Below are positions 46,194-55,309 of a stretch of 64,000 nucleotides of DNA, in pieces. The number at the start of each line of letters is the position of its first letter. The stretch's first letter is position 1. The translations under genes and the position numbers were made by a program. The notes under the pieces were generated by a model. That model had not been told where the DNA came from and ran no database searches. It saw only the letters and a program-made list of their open reading frames with translations. The stretch is from Clostridia bacterium (GTDB lineage Bacteria > Bacillota > Clostridia > Oscillospirales > CAG-272), in assembly GCA_017467085.1 (NCBI GenBank), contig JAFTSW010000062.1, positions 4,669-68,668 on the forward strand, in the 5' to 3' direction.

Positions 46194-46898
46194 TTATGCG
46201 TGCGTCAGCGTATCATAGGAGAGGCGCGCCGCCTCCTCGGATATGTTGCAGGAAAGCAAAAACATCGGAACGGCGGAAAGAAGCCCGTCTACCGTAGACA
46301 AAAGCCCGTCAATCCCAAGGGCACCCGAGGGCTTCAGAAGCTGCTCGAAAATCCGCCCCAGCGCCTCCTCCTTGGAGAGCCGCCGTATGGCGTTCTTCTC
46401 CCCTCGCTCCAAAAAGCAAATAGCGGAAAGGGGCGCCTTATCGTTTTTGTTCCAGCCCTCCTTGCCGCACCAGGGGGTACCGTAGACGGTAAAGCTCTCG
46501 CCCTCGCGGCGAAGCAGGGGCTTATCCCCGTTCAAGACCGTTACCCTGTCGGGAAACAGGGACAGCCAAAGGCGGATATGAGTGGTTTTTCCCGTTCCGC
46601 TGGGGGCGCAAAAGGCGTAAGCCCTGCCGCCCGTCTTGACGGTGGCGCCGTGAAGCAGTATCACGCCGCGGGGCGCCAACAGGTCGCAGATTTTGCGGTA
46701 TACAATCAGCGCCTCAGAGTAGGCAAGGGTGGTGGGGGTCAGCGCCCGCGCCGCCTCCGCCTCGCATTCGGCAAGGGTGGCGCAAACGGAAAAATCCGCC
46801 GCCTCGCCCGTTACCTCGTAGTCCTTGCAAAGGGAGAGGGTGTAATCGTATAGCGGCTCGATGTCAAAAACAAAATCGGCAATGCGGTATAAGGGCAT
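46194..46898 (-). CDS. HPr-kinase-like P-loop protein (HprK-related kinase family)
   Basis: 234 aa. LLHGATVKTGGRAYAFCAPSGTGKTT resembles the HPrK C-terminal P-loop core. Confidence 0.55.
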   Translation of the reverse strand: MPLYRIADFVFDIEPLYDYTLSLCKDYEVTGEAADFSVCATLAECEAEAARALTPTTLAYSEALIVYRKICDLLAPRGVILLHGATVKTGGRAYAFCAPSGTGKTTHIRLWLSLFPDRVTVLNGDKPLLRREGESFTVYGTPWCGKEGWNKNDKAPLSAICFLERGEKNAIRRLSKEEALGRIFEQLLKPSGALGIDGLLSTVDGLLSAVPMFLLSCNISEEAARLSYDTLTHA

Positions 46899-46925
46899 TT
46901 TGCCTTCCTCCCTGGGTGTTGGTGT

Positions 46926-46963
46926 GGAAAAAGCAAGGGGTTAGCCCCGATGAGCTAACCCCC
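46926..46963 (-). terminator. Rho-independent terminator after the msmX-like gene
   Basis: GGGGTTAGC / GCTAACCCC stem followed by TTGCTTTTT on the minus strand. Confidence 0.65.
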
Positions 46964-46981
46964 AGTTTTATGCCGAAGGCA

Positions 46982-48115
46982 TTAGTGAACAATGCATCTT
47001 TCGGTGTCTTTGTCGAAAATGTGGATTCTTTCCGCGTCAATTGCAACCTTAATCTGGTCGCCTGCGCGGGACTGAGAACGGGAGGATACACGGGCAATAA
47101 TGGTCTTGCCGTTGGTGGCGTCCTCCTGGCCCTCGAATGCCAGGTACAGATAAATCTCTGCGCCCATCAGCTCGGTGATGTCAACCGTTGCTTCCATCAG
47201 GCTGTCGGGCATATTGGCGATATACATAGGCTCATCGTGGATATGCTCGGGACGGATACCCATAACAATCTCCTGGCCGATGTATTCCTTCAGCGCGGGG
47301 TTGGATGCTTTGTCAGCAGGAAGCTTGATGGAGGTGGTGCCGAATTCGATGAACAGGTCCTCACCCTTCTTTACCAGGGTGCCCGTTACGAAGTTCATCT
47401 GGGGGGTACCGATAAAGCCGGCAACGAAGAGGTTGCAGGGGAAATCGTACAGATTCTGAGGGGTATCAACCTGCTGAATCAAGCCGTCCTTCATAACAAC
47501 GATACGGGTTGCCATGGTCATAGCCTCGGTCTGGTCGTGGGTAACGTAGATAAAGGTGGTTCCCACTCTCTTATGAAGCTTGGTCAGCTCGGTTCTCATG
47601 GATGCACGGAGCTTAGCGTCCAGGTTGGAGAGAGGCTCGTCAAGCAAGAAGACCTTAGGGTCACGCACGATGGCACGTCCCAAAGCAACACGCTGCTTCT
47701 GACCGCCGGACAAAGCCTTAGGCTTACGGTCAAGCAGGTGGTTGATGTCCAGAATCTTAGCGGCTTCCTCAACGCGGCGCTTGATTTCCTCCTTGGAAAC
47801 CTTGCGGAGCTTCAAGCCGAATGCCATGTTCTCGAACACGGTCATATGGGGATACAGAGCGTAGTTCTGGAACACCATCGCAATGTCACGGTCCTTGGGG
47901 GCTACGTCGTTTACCAGTCTGTCACCGATGAACAGCTCGCCCTCGGTGATTTCCTCCAGACCTGCAATCATACGCAGGGTGGTGGACTTACCGCATCCGG
48001 AGGGACCTACGAAAACCAAAAATTCCTTGTCCTTAATCTCAAGGTTGAAGTCAGATACGGCAGTAACGCCGCCGGGGTACTTCTTAAAGATGTGCTTCAA
48101 AGAAAGACTTGCCAT
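46982..48115 (-). CDS. msmX: Sugar ABC transporter ATP-binding protein (MsmX/MalK/UgpC type)
   Basis: 377 aa with [23 protein letters not shown] and [10 protein letters not shown] motifs plus a C-terminal TOBE-like domain. Confidence 0.85.
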   Translation of the reverse strand: MASLSLKHIFKKYPGGVTAVSDFNLEIKDKEFLVFVGPSGCGKSTTLRMIAGLEEITEGELFIGDRLVNDVAPKDRDIAMVFQNYALYPHMTVFENMAFGLKLRKVSKEEIKRRVEEAAKILDINHLLDRKPKALSGGQKQRVALGRAIVRDPKVFLLDEPLSNLDAKLRASMRTELTKLHKRVGTTFIYVTHDQTEAMTMATRIVVMKDGLIQQVDTPQNLYDFPCNLFVAGFIGTPQMNFVTGTLVKKGEDLFIEFGTTSIKLPADKASNPALKEYIGQEIVMGIRPEHIHDEPMYIANMPDSLMEATVDITELMGAEIYLYLAFEGQEDATNGKTIIARVSSRSQSRAGDQIKVAIDAERIHIFDKDTERCIVH

Positions 48116-48180
48116 AATGGAATAACCTCCTGAATTTTTCGCAATAAATTTTGTCGCTAACCGACTTTTTTAACAGTAAT

Positions 48181-48209
48181 ATTATAGCAGAGAAAAGTCC
48201 ATTTGAAAA
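48181..48209 (-). promoter_or_regulatory. Promoter for the msmX-like gene
   Basis: On the minus strand: TTTTCA, a 17-nt spacer, then TGcTATAAT. Confidence 0.45.
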
Positions 48210-48321
48210 GAGTTCTTTTTCCCAAAAAACAGATATGATATTTGTGAAACTTGCACAAAACGGCAGACTCTTCTCTCCAAAACCGACCAATCGCTCGAAA
48301 AACGGTTCTAATAAATTAGAA

Positions 48322-50481
48322 TTATTTTTCCATACCCTTGCGCGTCAGGGAGATTCTCTTGCGCGCTAAGTCCACGCTCTTGATTTTTACCTCAATTACG
48401 TCGCCAACCGACAAAACGTCAGCAGGGCGCTTGACGAATTTGTCCGACATCTCGGATACGTGCAAAAGACCGTCCTCGTGCACACCGATGTCCACGAAGG
48501 CGCCGAAATCAACCACGTTGCGTACCGTGCCCTTCAGAATCATATCGGGAACTAAGTCCTTCATTTCCAATACGTCCGTCCGCAGAATGGGGGCAGGGGC
48601 ATCGTCGCGGCTGTCGCGACCGGGCTTCTCCAACTCGCCGATGATGTCAAGCAGAGTAGGTTCGCCGCAGCCAAGGGCGGCAGCCACCTTGGCAACGCCC
48701 TCCTTCTCGGTCTTGAAGCGGAGAAGGGAAAGGTTGTTTTCTCTGACGTCCTTTTCCGTATAGCCGAAGCGGGAAAGCAATGCCGAGGCAACGGGATAGG
48801 ATTCGGGGTGAACGCCCGTGTTGTCTAAAATTTCATCCGAGCCCGATACACGCAAAAAGCCCGCGCATTGCTCGTATGCCTTGGCGCCAAGCTTTGGCAC
48901 CTTGAGAATCTGGGCGCGCTTGGTGAACTCGCCGTTCTCCTCGCGGTATGCCACGATGTTCTTGGCAATGGTCTTGTTGATGCCCGCAATGTAGGAAAGC
49001 AGGGAATAGGAGGCGGTGTTCACGTCAACGCCCACGCTGTTTACGCAGTCCTCCACAACGCCGCCCAGGGTTTCGGACAGGCGCTTGGGGTTCATATCGT
49101 GCTGATACTGTCCCACGCCGATTGCCTTGGGGTCTACCTTGACAAGCTCTGCCAAGGGGTCCTGCAGGCGACGGGCGATAGAAACGGCACTGCGCTCGTT
49201 CACGTCAAGCTCAGGGAACTCCTCTGCCGCCAAGGGGGTGGCGGAATACACCGAGGCGCCCGACTCGGACACGATGGTGTAGGAGATTTTCAGACCTCTC
49301 TCGTGGATAAAGTCGGCAACGAATTTTTCGCTCTCACGGGAGGCGGTGCCGTTGCCGATGGCAATGATTTCAACCTTGTATTTCTTGACCAAATCCTCTA
49401 AAACACGGGCAGCGCGTACCGTGTCCTCACGGGGCTTGGTGGGGTAGATAACGGTAGAGGTCATGTACTTGCCCGTCTTGTCCACCACCGCCAGCTTACA
49501 GCCGTGGGCGTAGCCGGGGTCAAAGCCCAGAACCGTCTTGCCCTTCACGGGGGCAATCAGAAGCAGGTTCTTCAGGTTCTCGGAAAAGACCTGCAAAGCA
49601 CCCTCAGCCGCATCGTCGAAAAGGGTGTTGCGGATTTCTCTCTCAATGGCAGGGAAAATCAAGCGCTCAAAGCTGTCTGCCACAGCGGCAGAAAGATGAG
49701 GGGCGGCAGGGGAGGTGGGGTTGGTGAGTACGGCGCTTGTCAGCTTGGCAATCGCCTCCTCGGCGTTGATGTCCACCGACACCTTCAAAAATCCCTCCTT
49801 CTCGCCGCGGTTAATGGCTAACACACGGTGCGGACGGATTTTGGCAATAGGCTCGGAAAAATCGTAATAGTCGGCGTAAACCGAGTCCTCCTCCTTGGCG
49901 GCCTTGGAGGAAAGGGAGCCGCTTTCGGTCACGTAGGCGCGGAGCATTTTGCGGTAGTCCGCTGTGTCCGATACGTCCTCGGCGATAATGTCCAAGGCAC
50001 CTGCCAAGGCGGCCTTGGCGTCCTCAACGCCCTTCTCGGCGTCAACGAAGTCGGCAGCCAGCGCCTCAATCTCGGCACCGTACTCTGCCCTTTGCTCCAT
50101 CAGAAGAGCGGAAAGAGGCTCAAGCCCCTTCTCTCTTGCCACGGAGGCGCGGGTCTTTCTCTTGGGACGGTAGGGAAGATATAAATCTTCCAGCTCCACC
50201 AGGGTCGACGCCTTGGCAATGGCGGCAGCCAGCTCCTCGGTCATCTTCTCCTGGGCGGTGATAGAGGCGGAAATCTCCTCGCGGCGCTCGTCTAAATGCC
50301 GCAGATAGTTGAGTCTGTCCTCCAGCTTGCGGAGCATCTCATCGCTCATGCTTCCCGTAACCTCCTTGCGGTAACGGGCGATAAAGGGAACGGTGTTGCC
50401 CTCGTCTAACATCTCCACCGTTTTTTGGATTTGCTCCTTGTCCCAGTTAAATTCTTCCGCTAATGCTTCAATGATATTCAT
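48322..50481 (-). CDS. tex: Tex-like transcription accessory protein with a C-terminal S1 domain
   Basis: 719 aa with the N-terminal VPFIARYRKE motif, YqgF-like and HhH regions, and an S1 domain (GTVRNVVDFGAFVDIG). Confidence 0.85.
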   Translation of the reverse strand: MNIIEALAEEFNWDKEQIQKTVEMLDEGNTVPFIARYRKEVTGSMSDEMLRKLEDRLNYLRHLDERREEISASITAQEKMTEELAAAIAKASTLVELEDLYLPYRPKRKTRASVAREKGLEPLSALLMEQRAEYGAEIEALAADFVDAEKGVEDAKAALAGALDIIAEDVSDTADYRKMLRAYVTESGSLSSKAAKEEDSVYADYYDFSEPIAKIRPHRVLAINRGEKEGFLKVSVDINAEEAIAKLTSAVLTNPTSPAAPHLSAAVADSFERLIFPAIEREIRNTLFDDAAEGALQVFSENLKNLLLIAPVKGKTVLGFDPGYAHGCKLAVVDKTGKYMTSTVIYPTKPREDTVRAARVLEDLVKKYKVEIIAIGNGTASRESEKFVADFIHERGLKISYTIVSESGASVYSATPLAAEEFPELDVNERSAVSIARRLQDPLAELVKVDPKAIGVGQYQHDMNPKRLSETLGGVVEDCVNSVGVDVNTASYSLLSYIAGINKTIAKNIVAYREENGEFTKRAQILKVPKLGAKAYEQCAGFLRVSGSDEILDNTGVHPESYPVASALLSRFGYTEKDVRENNLSLLRFKTEKEGVAKVAAALGCGEPTLLDIIGELEKPGRDSRDDAPAPILRTDVLEMKDLVPDMILKGTVRNVVDFGAFVDIGVHEDGLLHVSEMSDKFVKRPADVLSVGDVIEVKIKSVDLARKRISLTRKGMEK

Positions 50482-50496
50482 AGTGTATGCCTTTCT

Positions 50497-51228
50497 TTAC
50501 TGTGTTTCTTCTGTTTTGCCTTGCTTTGCCGCCTGACGCAGGGTGTTGATTTCCTCCTCGGTCAGCCGCCGCCATTCGCCCCTTGCAAGGGTAGGGTCCA
50601 GTGTAAGCCCTCCGAAGGAGAGCCGCTCTAAGTATATCACCTCGCTGCCCTCGTGCTGCATCATCCTTTTAATCTGATGATACCTGCCCTCGGTCAGCAC
50701 AATCTCCCCCGACAGCCTGTCCGCCGAAAGGGTAAGACGCGCGCTTTTGGTAACCCCCTCCTTCAAGGGAATGCCCGAGAGAAACCGCGCCTCCGCCCCT
50801 GCCTTTAAGGGAAGGGAGAGGGAAAAGGCGTACGCCTTCTCCACGTGCCGCTTGGGGGAAAGCAGTAGATGCGCCAGAGCCCCGTCATCCGTCAGGAGCA
50901 TAAAGCCTAAGGTGTCCTTGTCTAAGCGCCCCGCGGGGAAAAGCCCCCGTCTTTGGAGCTGCTCGGGTAAAAGGGAGGTTACAACGGGAAAATTTCCGTC
51001 CTCCGTGGCGCTGATGTAGCCCGCTGGCTTGTTCAGCATCACGTAAACAAAGGGCTCGTAGCAGACAGGCTCTCCGTTTACGCAAACGGTATCCGTTTCG
51101 GGAGAAACGGCAGCATCCGCCCGCTTGACGGCGACGCCGTTGACGGTCAAGGCACCCCGCGAAGCAAGCCTTGCGGCGTCCTTGCGGGAGCAAACGCCGC
51201 AACCGGTGAGAAATTTATCTAACCGCAT
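50497..51228 (-). CDS. rsuA: Pseudouridine synthase, RsuA/RluB family, with an S4 domain
   Basis: ATG at 51228 behind AGGAG. It begins MRLDKFL, has the catalytic GRLDKDTLG motif, and contains YHQIKRM. Confidence 0.8.
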   Translation of the reverse strand: MRLDKFLTGCGVCSRKDAARLASRGALTVNGVAVKRADAAVSPETDTVCVNGEPVCYEPFVYVMLNKPAGYISATEDGNFPVVTSLLPEQLQRRGLFPAGRLDKDTLGFMLLTDDGALAHLLLSPKRHVEKAYAFSLSLPLKAGAEARFLSGIPLKEGVTKSARLTLSADRLSGEIVLTEGRYHQIKRMMQHEGSEVIYLERLSFGGLTLDPTLARGEWRRLTEEEINTLRQAAKQGKTEETQ

Positions 51229-51359
51229 CGGGTGGCTCCTTTCTCCTTTTGAAATGCTGAAACAGGGATAGCACCCTCTTATTATTATACCAAAAAAGCG
51301 AAAAAAAGTAAAGAGCAAAACAAATAATTTCTATTTTTTCATATTTTTTCCCAAAGCCC

Positions 51360-51388
51360 TTGCAAAATGAAAAGCTTTGTGCTATGAT
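51360..51388 (+). promoter_or_regulatory. Promoter for the THF riboswitch and folT
   Basis: TTGCAA, a 17-nt spacer, then TGcTATGAT. Confidence 0.7.
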
Positions 51389-51394
51389 AGGGAC

Positions 51395-51495
51395 AAATCA
51401 GAGTAAGCCTTGTCGCGTTAAGTGCCGAAGGAACGGGGAGTTGTCCGTCGGACGAAGGGAAACCGCGGTGATGGGGCTGCATCCCGCTGTGCCAT
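51395..51495 (+). promoter_or_regulatory. THF (tetrahydrofolate) riboswitch aptamer
   Basis: CAGAGUAAG..CGCGUUAAGUG..GGGGAGUUGUC..ACGAAGGGAAACCGCGGUGA..GCAUCCCGCUG aligns block by block with the remembered Eubacterium siraeum THF riboswitch. It lies upstream of an ECF S-component gene. Confidence 0.85.
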
Positions 51496-51562
51496 CAAAT
51501 GAGTTGCCTCTTTTGCGTGGGACAAACAGGAATGTTTATCTGACGAAAAGGAGGATTTTTTT

Positions 51563-52153
51563 ATGAGTGAAATGCAAAAAAGAAGCGAAAGAATCAAGCG
51601 CCTGGTTATCGACGCTATGCTGGTGGGCATCTTCGTGGTGCTGTCCCTGTATGCCTCGGTGGACGTCTGGGTGATGAAGTTTACCTTTAACGGTATCGCC
51701 ATCATTCTGGCGGCGCTGCTGTTCGGCTTGAAGGACGCCTGCGCCGTTGCCATTCTCGGCGCCTTCTTGGAGCAGCTTCTGACCTACGGTCTGTCGGTGA
51801 CAACGCCCCTGTGGATTTTGCCTGCCCTTTGCCGCGCCCTTCTGGTGGGAGGCTACGCCCAGCTTGTCCGCTTCCGCTATCGCCCCCTCGTCATGATGGC
51901 GGTGGTTGTTGCCTCCTCGGTGCTTGTCACCGTGGTGAATACGGGCGTTATGTGGGCAGATAGCGTCATTATGGGCTACTATTCCTTTGCCTACGTGTTC
52001 GGCAAAATCTTGCCCCGCTTCGGCGCGGGTATCATTACCGCCCTGTTGTACGGCGGCTTGACCATGGCGCTTTTGCCCCGTGTGTCCGCCCTTGGCAGTC
52101 GCGCTGTTCTCTTGCTCCCCGAGAAAAAGAGCGCAGACACCGAGAACGAATAA
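51563..52153 (+). CDS. folT: ECF-transporter substrate-binding (S) component, folate family by riboswitch context
   Basis: 196 aa with about 6 TM segments, directly downstream of the THF riboswitch. Confidence 0.7.
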   Translation: MSEMQKRSERIKRLVIDAMLVGIFVVLSLYASVDVWVMKFTFNGIAIILAALLFGLKDACAVAILGAFLEQLLTYGLSVTTPLWILPALCRALLVGGYAQLVRFRYRPLVMMAVVVASSVLVTVVNTGVMWADSVIMGYYSFAYVFGKILPRFGAGIITALLYGGLTMALLPRVSALGSRAVLLLPEKKSADTENE

Positions 52154-52155
52154 AA

Positions 52156-52192
52156 CAAAAAATCCTTGCGCCTCAGCGCAAGGATTTTTTTA
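52156..52192. terminator. Bidirectional terminator between the convergent folT and PHP-phosphatase genes
   Basis: AAAAAATCCTTGCGC-ctca-GCGCAAGGATTTTTTT. Confidence 0.85.
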
Positions 52193-52206
52193 TGCTTTTT
52201 CAAAAT

Positions 52207-53013
52207 TTAATGCTTTTTCAAAAAAGAGGTGTCGGTAATCAGCGTTTTCTCCACGTCCTTCCAGAAGGAGAGGTGAGTGACTGCCTCGAAGGAATGGTCC
52301 AGGTTTTCCTTTTGGTGACAGTCGGAGGTAAGCAAAAAGCGGTTGCCTGCCTTGGCAATCTGCGCGATTTGGGTAGCGGAGGGGTAGGGTAGCGTGCGGT
52401 AGCCGCGGGCAATAGCCCCCGTGTTGATTTCAAAAATACAGTCGGTTTTCAAAAGTCGCTCCAAGCAAGCAGACGCCGCCGCTTGGTAACGGGGGTGGTT
52501 TTCATCGAAAAACTCGCCGTTCTCGTTGAACTTGGAAATTAAGTCAAAATGCCCGATAATGTCGGCGCCCAAGCGCTCCACCGTTTGGGAAAGCAGGGCG
52601 AAATAGTCCTCCGCCATGGTGTAAGCGTCCCCCTCGTAGGCGGCAAGGAGCTTTTTGAAATGCCCAAGGCTGCCGTCAATGGAGTAGCGCTCCCCGTTCT
52701 TTTCCAGATAGTGCAGGGAGCCAATGACGTAATCAAAGCCCTCGGTGTCTGTTTGTCCCAGTAAATCCGCTTCAATGCCGCAGTATATTTCAATCTGCCC
52801 CCCGTAGACCTGCTTCAAGCGGGCAATTTCCTTTTTGTATGCCTCTGTCCCCTCGCGGCTCATACAGTAGCGGGAATCAAAGGGGGTATTGCCGTGCCCC
52901 GAAAAGCCGATGGCAATAAAGCCCCGCGCTATTGCCTCCTTTACCAGCTCCTCAGGGGTGTTTTCCCCGTCGCAGTAGGTGGTGTGGGTGTGAAAATTCA
53001 TTAAAGGATACAT
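52207..53013 (-). CDS. Histidinol-phosphatase, PHP family (HisJ/HisK type)
   Basis: 268 aa with the N-terminal NFHTHTTYCDG metal-binding motif and later GHFD and SDCH motifs. Confidence 0.75.
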   Translation of the reverse strand: MYPLMNFHTHTTYCDGENTPEELVKEAIARGFIAIGFSGHGNTPFDSRYCMSREGTEAYKKEIARLKQVYGGQIEIYCGIEADLLGQTDTEGFDYVIGSLHYLEKNGERYSIDGSLGHFKKLLAAYEGDAYTMAEDYFALLSQTVERLGADIIGHFDLISKFNENGEFFDENHPRYQAAASACLERLLKTDCIFEINTGAIARGYRTLPYPSATQIAQIAKAGNRFLLTSDCHQKENLDHSFEAVTHLSFWKDVEKTLITDTSFLKKH

Positions 53014-53048
53014 AAAAAGCCTTCTCTCTATCGTTGCTTGTTTTTCTC

Positions 53049-53077
53049 ATTGTAGCATAAGAAAAAGAATTTTGCAA
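53049..53077 (-). promoter_or_regulatory. Promoter for the PHP phosphatase gene
   Basis: On the minus strand: TTGCAA, a 17-nt spacer, then TGcTACAAT. Confidence 0.55.
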
Positions 53078-53094
53078 GAGCAAGACGCCCACTC

Positions 53095-53123
53095 TTGCAA
53101 AAAGAAAAAGACTGTGGTATGAT
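53095..53123 (+). promoter_or_regulatory. Promoter for the Cof-type hydrolase gene
   Basis: TTGCAA, a 17-nt spacer, then TGgTATGAT. Confidence 0.6.
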
Positions 53124-53161
53124 AGTGGTATCAAAAGAAGAAAACCGGAAAAGAGAGTAAA

Positions 53162-53983
53162 ATGAAGCGCTTTGAGGGAATTTTGATTTGCACCGACCTT
53201 GACGGTACCCTGCTACGGGAGGATGGGACGGTATCCAAGGAAAATATGGACGCCATCGCCTATTTTCAGAAGAGAGGCGGTCTTTTTACCTTTATTACGG
53301 GCAGAATGCCCTATTTTGCCGCCGATATTTACGAAATGATACAGCCCAACGCCCCCTTCGGATGCATCAACGGCGGCGGTATATATGACCACCGCAAGAG
53401 GGAGTATCTTTGGCGGCGGCCCATTTCCCGTGATTGCCTGGATTTGGTGGACCTGGCGTATGAGAAGGTTCCCGGCATCGGCATCCAGGTCAACGGCTTC
53501 GAGCATCTGTATTTTGCCACGGAAAACAGCGCTATGGTGTCCTTCCGTGAAAAAACGGGCGTGCCCAACTTGGTCTGCCCCTATCGGGAGGTGCAGGAGG
53601 ATTTTGGAAAAATCCTCTTCGGAGATGAGAGAGAGGAGGCAATCCAAGCCCTCGCCCATCTGCTTCCCACCCACCCCAAGGCAGGGCAGTTCGATTTTAT
53701 CCGTTCGGAGCAAACCCTTTATGAAATTCTCCCCAAGGGCACCAATAAGGGCAGCCTTCTGCCCCGTCTTGCCGCCTTGCTTGGCATCGATATGAAGCGC
53801 ACCGTTGCCTTTGGCGATTACAACAATGACGTGCAGATGCTAAAGGTAGCAGGCCTTGGCGTTGCCGTTGCCAACGCCGTTCCCGAAGCCAAGGCGGCGG
53901 CAGACCTTGTCACCGTCAGCAACGAGGAAAACGCCATAGCCGCGGTGATTGACGGGCTGGATAAAGGCACTGTCAGGCTTTGA
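53162..53983 (+). CDS. Cof-type HAD-IIB phosphatase
   Basis: 273 aa with CTDLDGTLL, a cap domain and a C-terminal GDYNNDVQML motif. Confidence 0.8.
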   Translation: MKRFEGILICTDLDGTLLREDGTVSKENMDAIAYFQKRGGLFTFITGRMPYFAADIYEMIQPNAPFGCINGGGIYDHRKREYLWRRPISRDCLDLVDLAYEKVPGIGIQVNGFEHLYFATENSAMVSFREKTGVPNLVCPYREVQEDFGKILFGDEREEAIQALAHLLPTHPKAGQFDFIRSEQTLYEILPKGTNKGSLLPRLAALLGIDMKRTVAFGDYNNDVQMLKVAGLGVAVANAVPEAKAAADLVTVSNEENAIAAVIDGLDKGTVRL

Positions 53984-53991
53984 ATATGGAT

Positions 53992-54021
53992 AAAAAAACC
54001 GCTCCTCGGAGCGGTTTTTTT
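53992..54021. terminator. Bidirectional terminator
   Basis: AAAAAAACCGCTCC-tcg-GAGCGGTTTTTTT. Confidence 0.85.
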
Positions 54022-54613
54022 ATTGTCCTGCGGCGCGCCGGGTTAGTCGGGTTAAAAGAGTGGAAAGGGGCAAAATCAATAGCCCCGCGCAAAAATTACT
54101 GACGGCGTGGGTCACGTCAAAGGGAAAGCCGGCGGCAATCCAAAGAAGGGTTTCCTCAAAATTCAGCCCAAACAGCAGTGCCTGCCCCGGGGCGTAAAGC
54201 GCGCCGAAGGCAAGCCCGTACAGGGCGCATACCAAAGGATACAGAACGGCGGCAAGCCGTCGGGGCAGATGCTTGGGCAACAGCATCGTGACGCCCCAAA
54301 GGATTGTCCAGATGTATAAATACGGCACCCACCAGGTGGCAAAGCCTGCATACAGTCCGTTCATAAATACATAGATATAAAGGGGAAACAGCGCCTTTTT
54401 GCGGAAAACGATGGTGTAAACCATAGTTAACATTCCAAGAAGATGGATGTTTGGCAACGCCTCCATAATCACCTTGGAGCAAAACATTAAGGAGCCGAGC
54501 ATCGCAAAAATGGCGATTTCCCGGATGCGGGAATGGGGGCGACGGGCGCCGCCCTCCTTATTTGGAGCGGACAAGGGAGTATACGCCTCCGTCCGTGACG
54601 GGGGTAGTGTCAA
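54020..54613 (-). CDS. Polytopic membrane protein, probable ECF S-component-like vitamin (cobalamin?) transporter; start uncertain
   Basis: About 5-6 TM segments. The TTG at 54613 overlaps the upstream gene by 56 nt, and the next in-frame ATG (54502) would remove part of TM1. It is co-transcribed with the DUF4430 gene behind a B12-type riboswitch. Confidence 0.55.
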   Translation of the reverse strand: MTLPPSRTEAYTPLSAPNKEGGARRPHSRIREIAIFAMLGSLMFCSKVIMEALPNIHLLGMLTMVYTIVFRKKALFPLYIYVFMNGLYAGFATWWVPYLYIWTILWGVTMLLPKHLPRRLAAVLYPLVCALYGLAFGALYAPGQALLFGLNFEETLLWIAAGFPFDVTHAVSNFCAGLLILPLSTLLTRLTRRAAGQ

Positions 54614-55001
54614 CGCCCGTCAAGGCGTAGTCCTCGCCGATATAAAGCGCCCAATAGGTCTTGTCCACGTCATAGTCTGCCAGAATGCCGTTGACCCTCT
54701 TCACGTAAAGACCGAAGTCCCCCATATCGCCCTCCAGGAGTCCGTGTGCCATTAAAGCGTCGCCCAGCATATCGCTGTCGGTTTTCAGGGTGAAGACGAT
54801 GGATTTTTCCCCTGCCGTTACCGTGACTGTAACGGTCTTGGCGCCTTCACCGAAAGAGGTGTCCTCGGTGTACTTGGCGTCCTTCCAGAGCGCCTCGGTG
54901 TCGGTCATCGAAAAGCAACCGACAAGAGAGAAAAGAAGCAGAAGAGAAAGCGAAAGAAGCGCCACTCTTTGCCAAAGCCTTGGGGTGTTTGTTTGTGTCA
55001 T
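54558..55001 (-). CDS. DUF4430-domain lipoprotein (transcobalamin-like binding domain)
   Basis: ATG at 55001 behind AAGGAG. It has the lipobox LVGC, and the C-terminal WALYIGEDYALTGVD pattern is typical of DUF4430. Confidence 0.65.
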   Translation of the reverse strand: MTQTNTPRLWQRVALLSLSLLLLFSLVGCFSMTDTEALWKDAKYTEDTSFGEGAKTVTVTVTAGEKSIVFTLKTDSDMLGDALMAHGLLEGDMGDFGLYVKRVNGILADYDVDKTYWALYIGEDYALTGVDTTPVTDGGVYSLVRSK

Positions 55002-55029
55002 AGTAGATTCTCCTTTTGAATAAAATGGA

Positions 55030-55305
55030 CAAAAGGATAGATAAAGGCGCCCTCCCAAGAGGACGCCCCAAAACGCAAAGGAGGCGATAAGCCCTTCCTT
55101 TGTCCTTCTGCCGCGTCTCTCCGTTTGCCCGAGAGCTCTTTATCGGTCACGGCTCGATAAGCATTCCGACTTTGCTTGCCCAAAGCATCACGGTAATGGC
55201 TGTTGCTGCGGATTTGCACCGCATTTCCTTATCCCCGCAGAAGATACTCTCCTGCGATTCCAAAAGCGAGAGCTCGCTTCCGGTGAGTCGCGTATTCTTT
55301 TGTAC
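55030..55305 (-). promoter_or_regulatory. Probable cobalamin riboswitch with its own terminator
   Basis: The minus strand reads ...GGAUAAGGAAAUGCGGUGCAAAUCCGCAGCAACAGCC...AAGUCGGAAUGC..., containing the conserved GGUGcAAAUCC core. The B12 box is degenerate. A terminator hairpin GGCGUCCUC / GAGGGCGCC plus a U-rich tract lies at 55030-55067. Confidence 0.55.
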
Positions 55306-55309
55306 CCTT

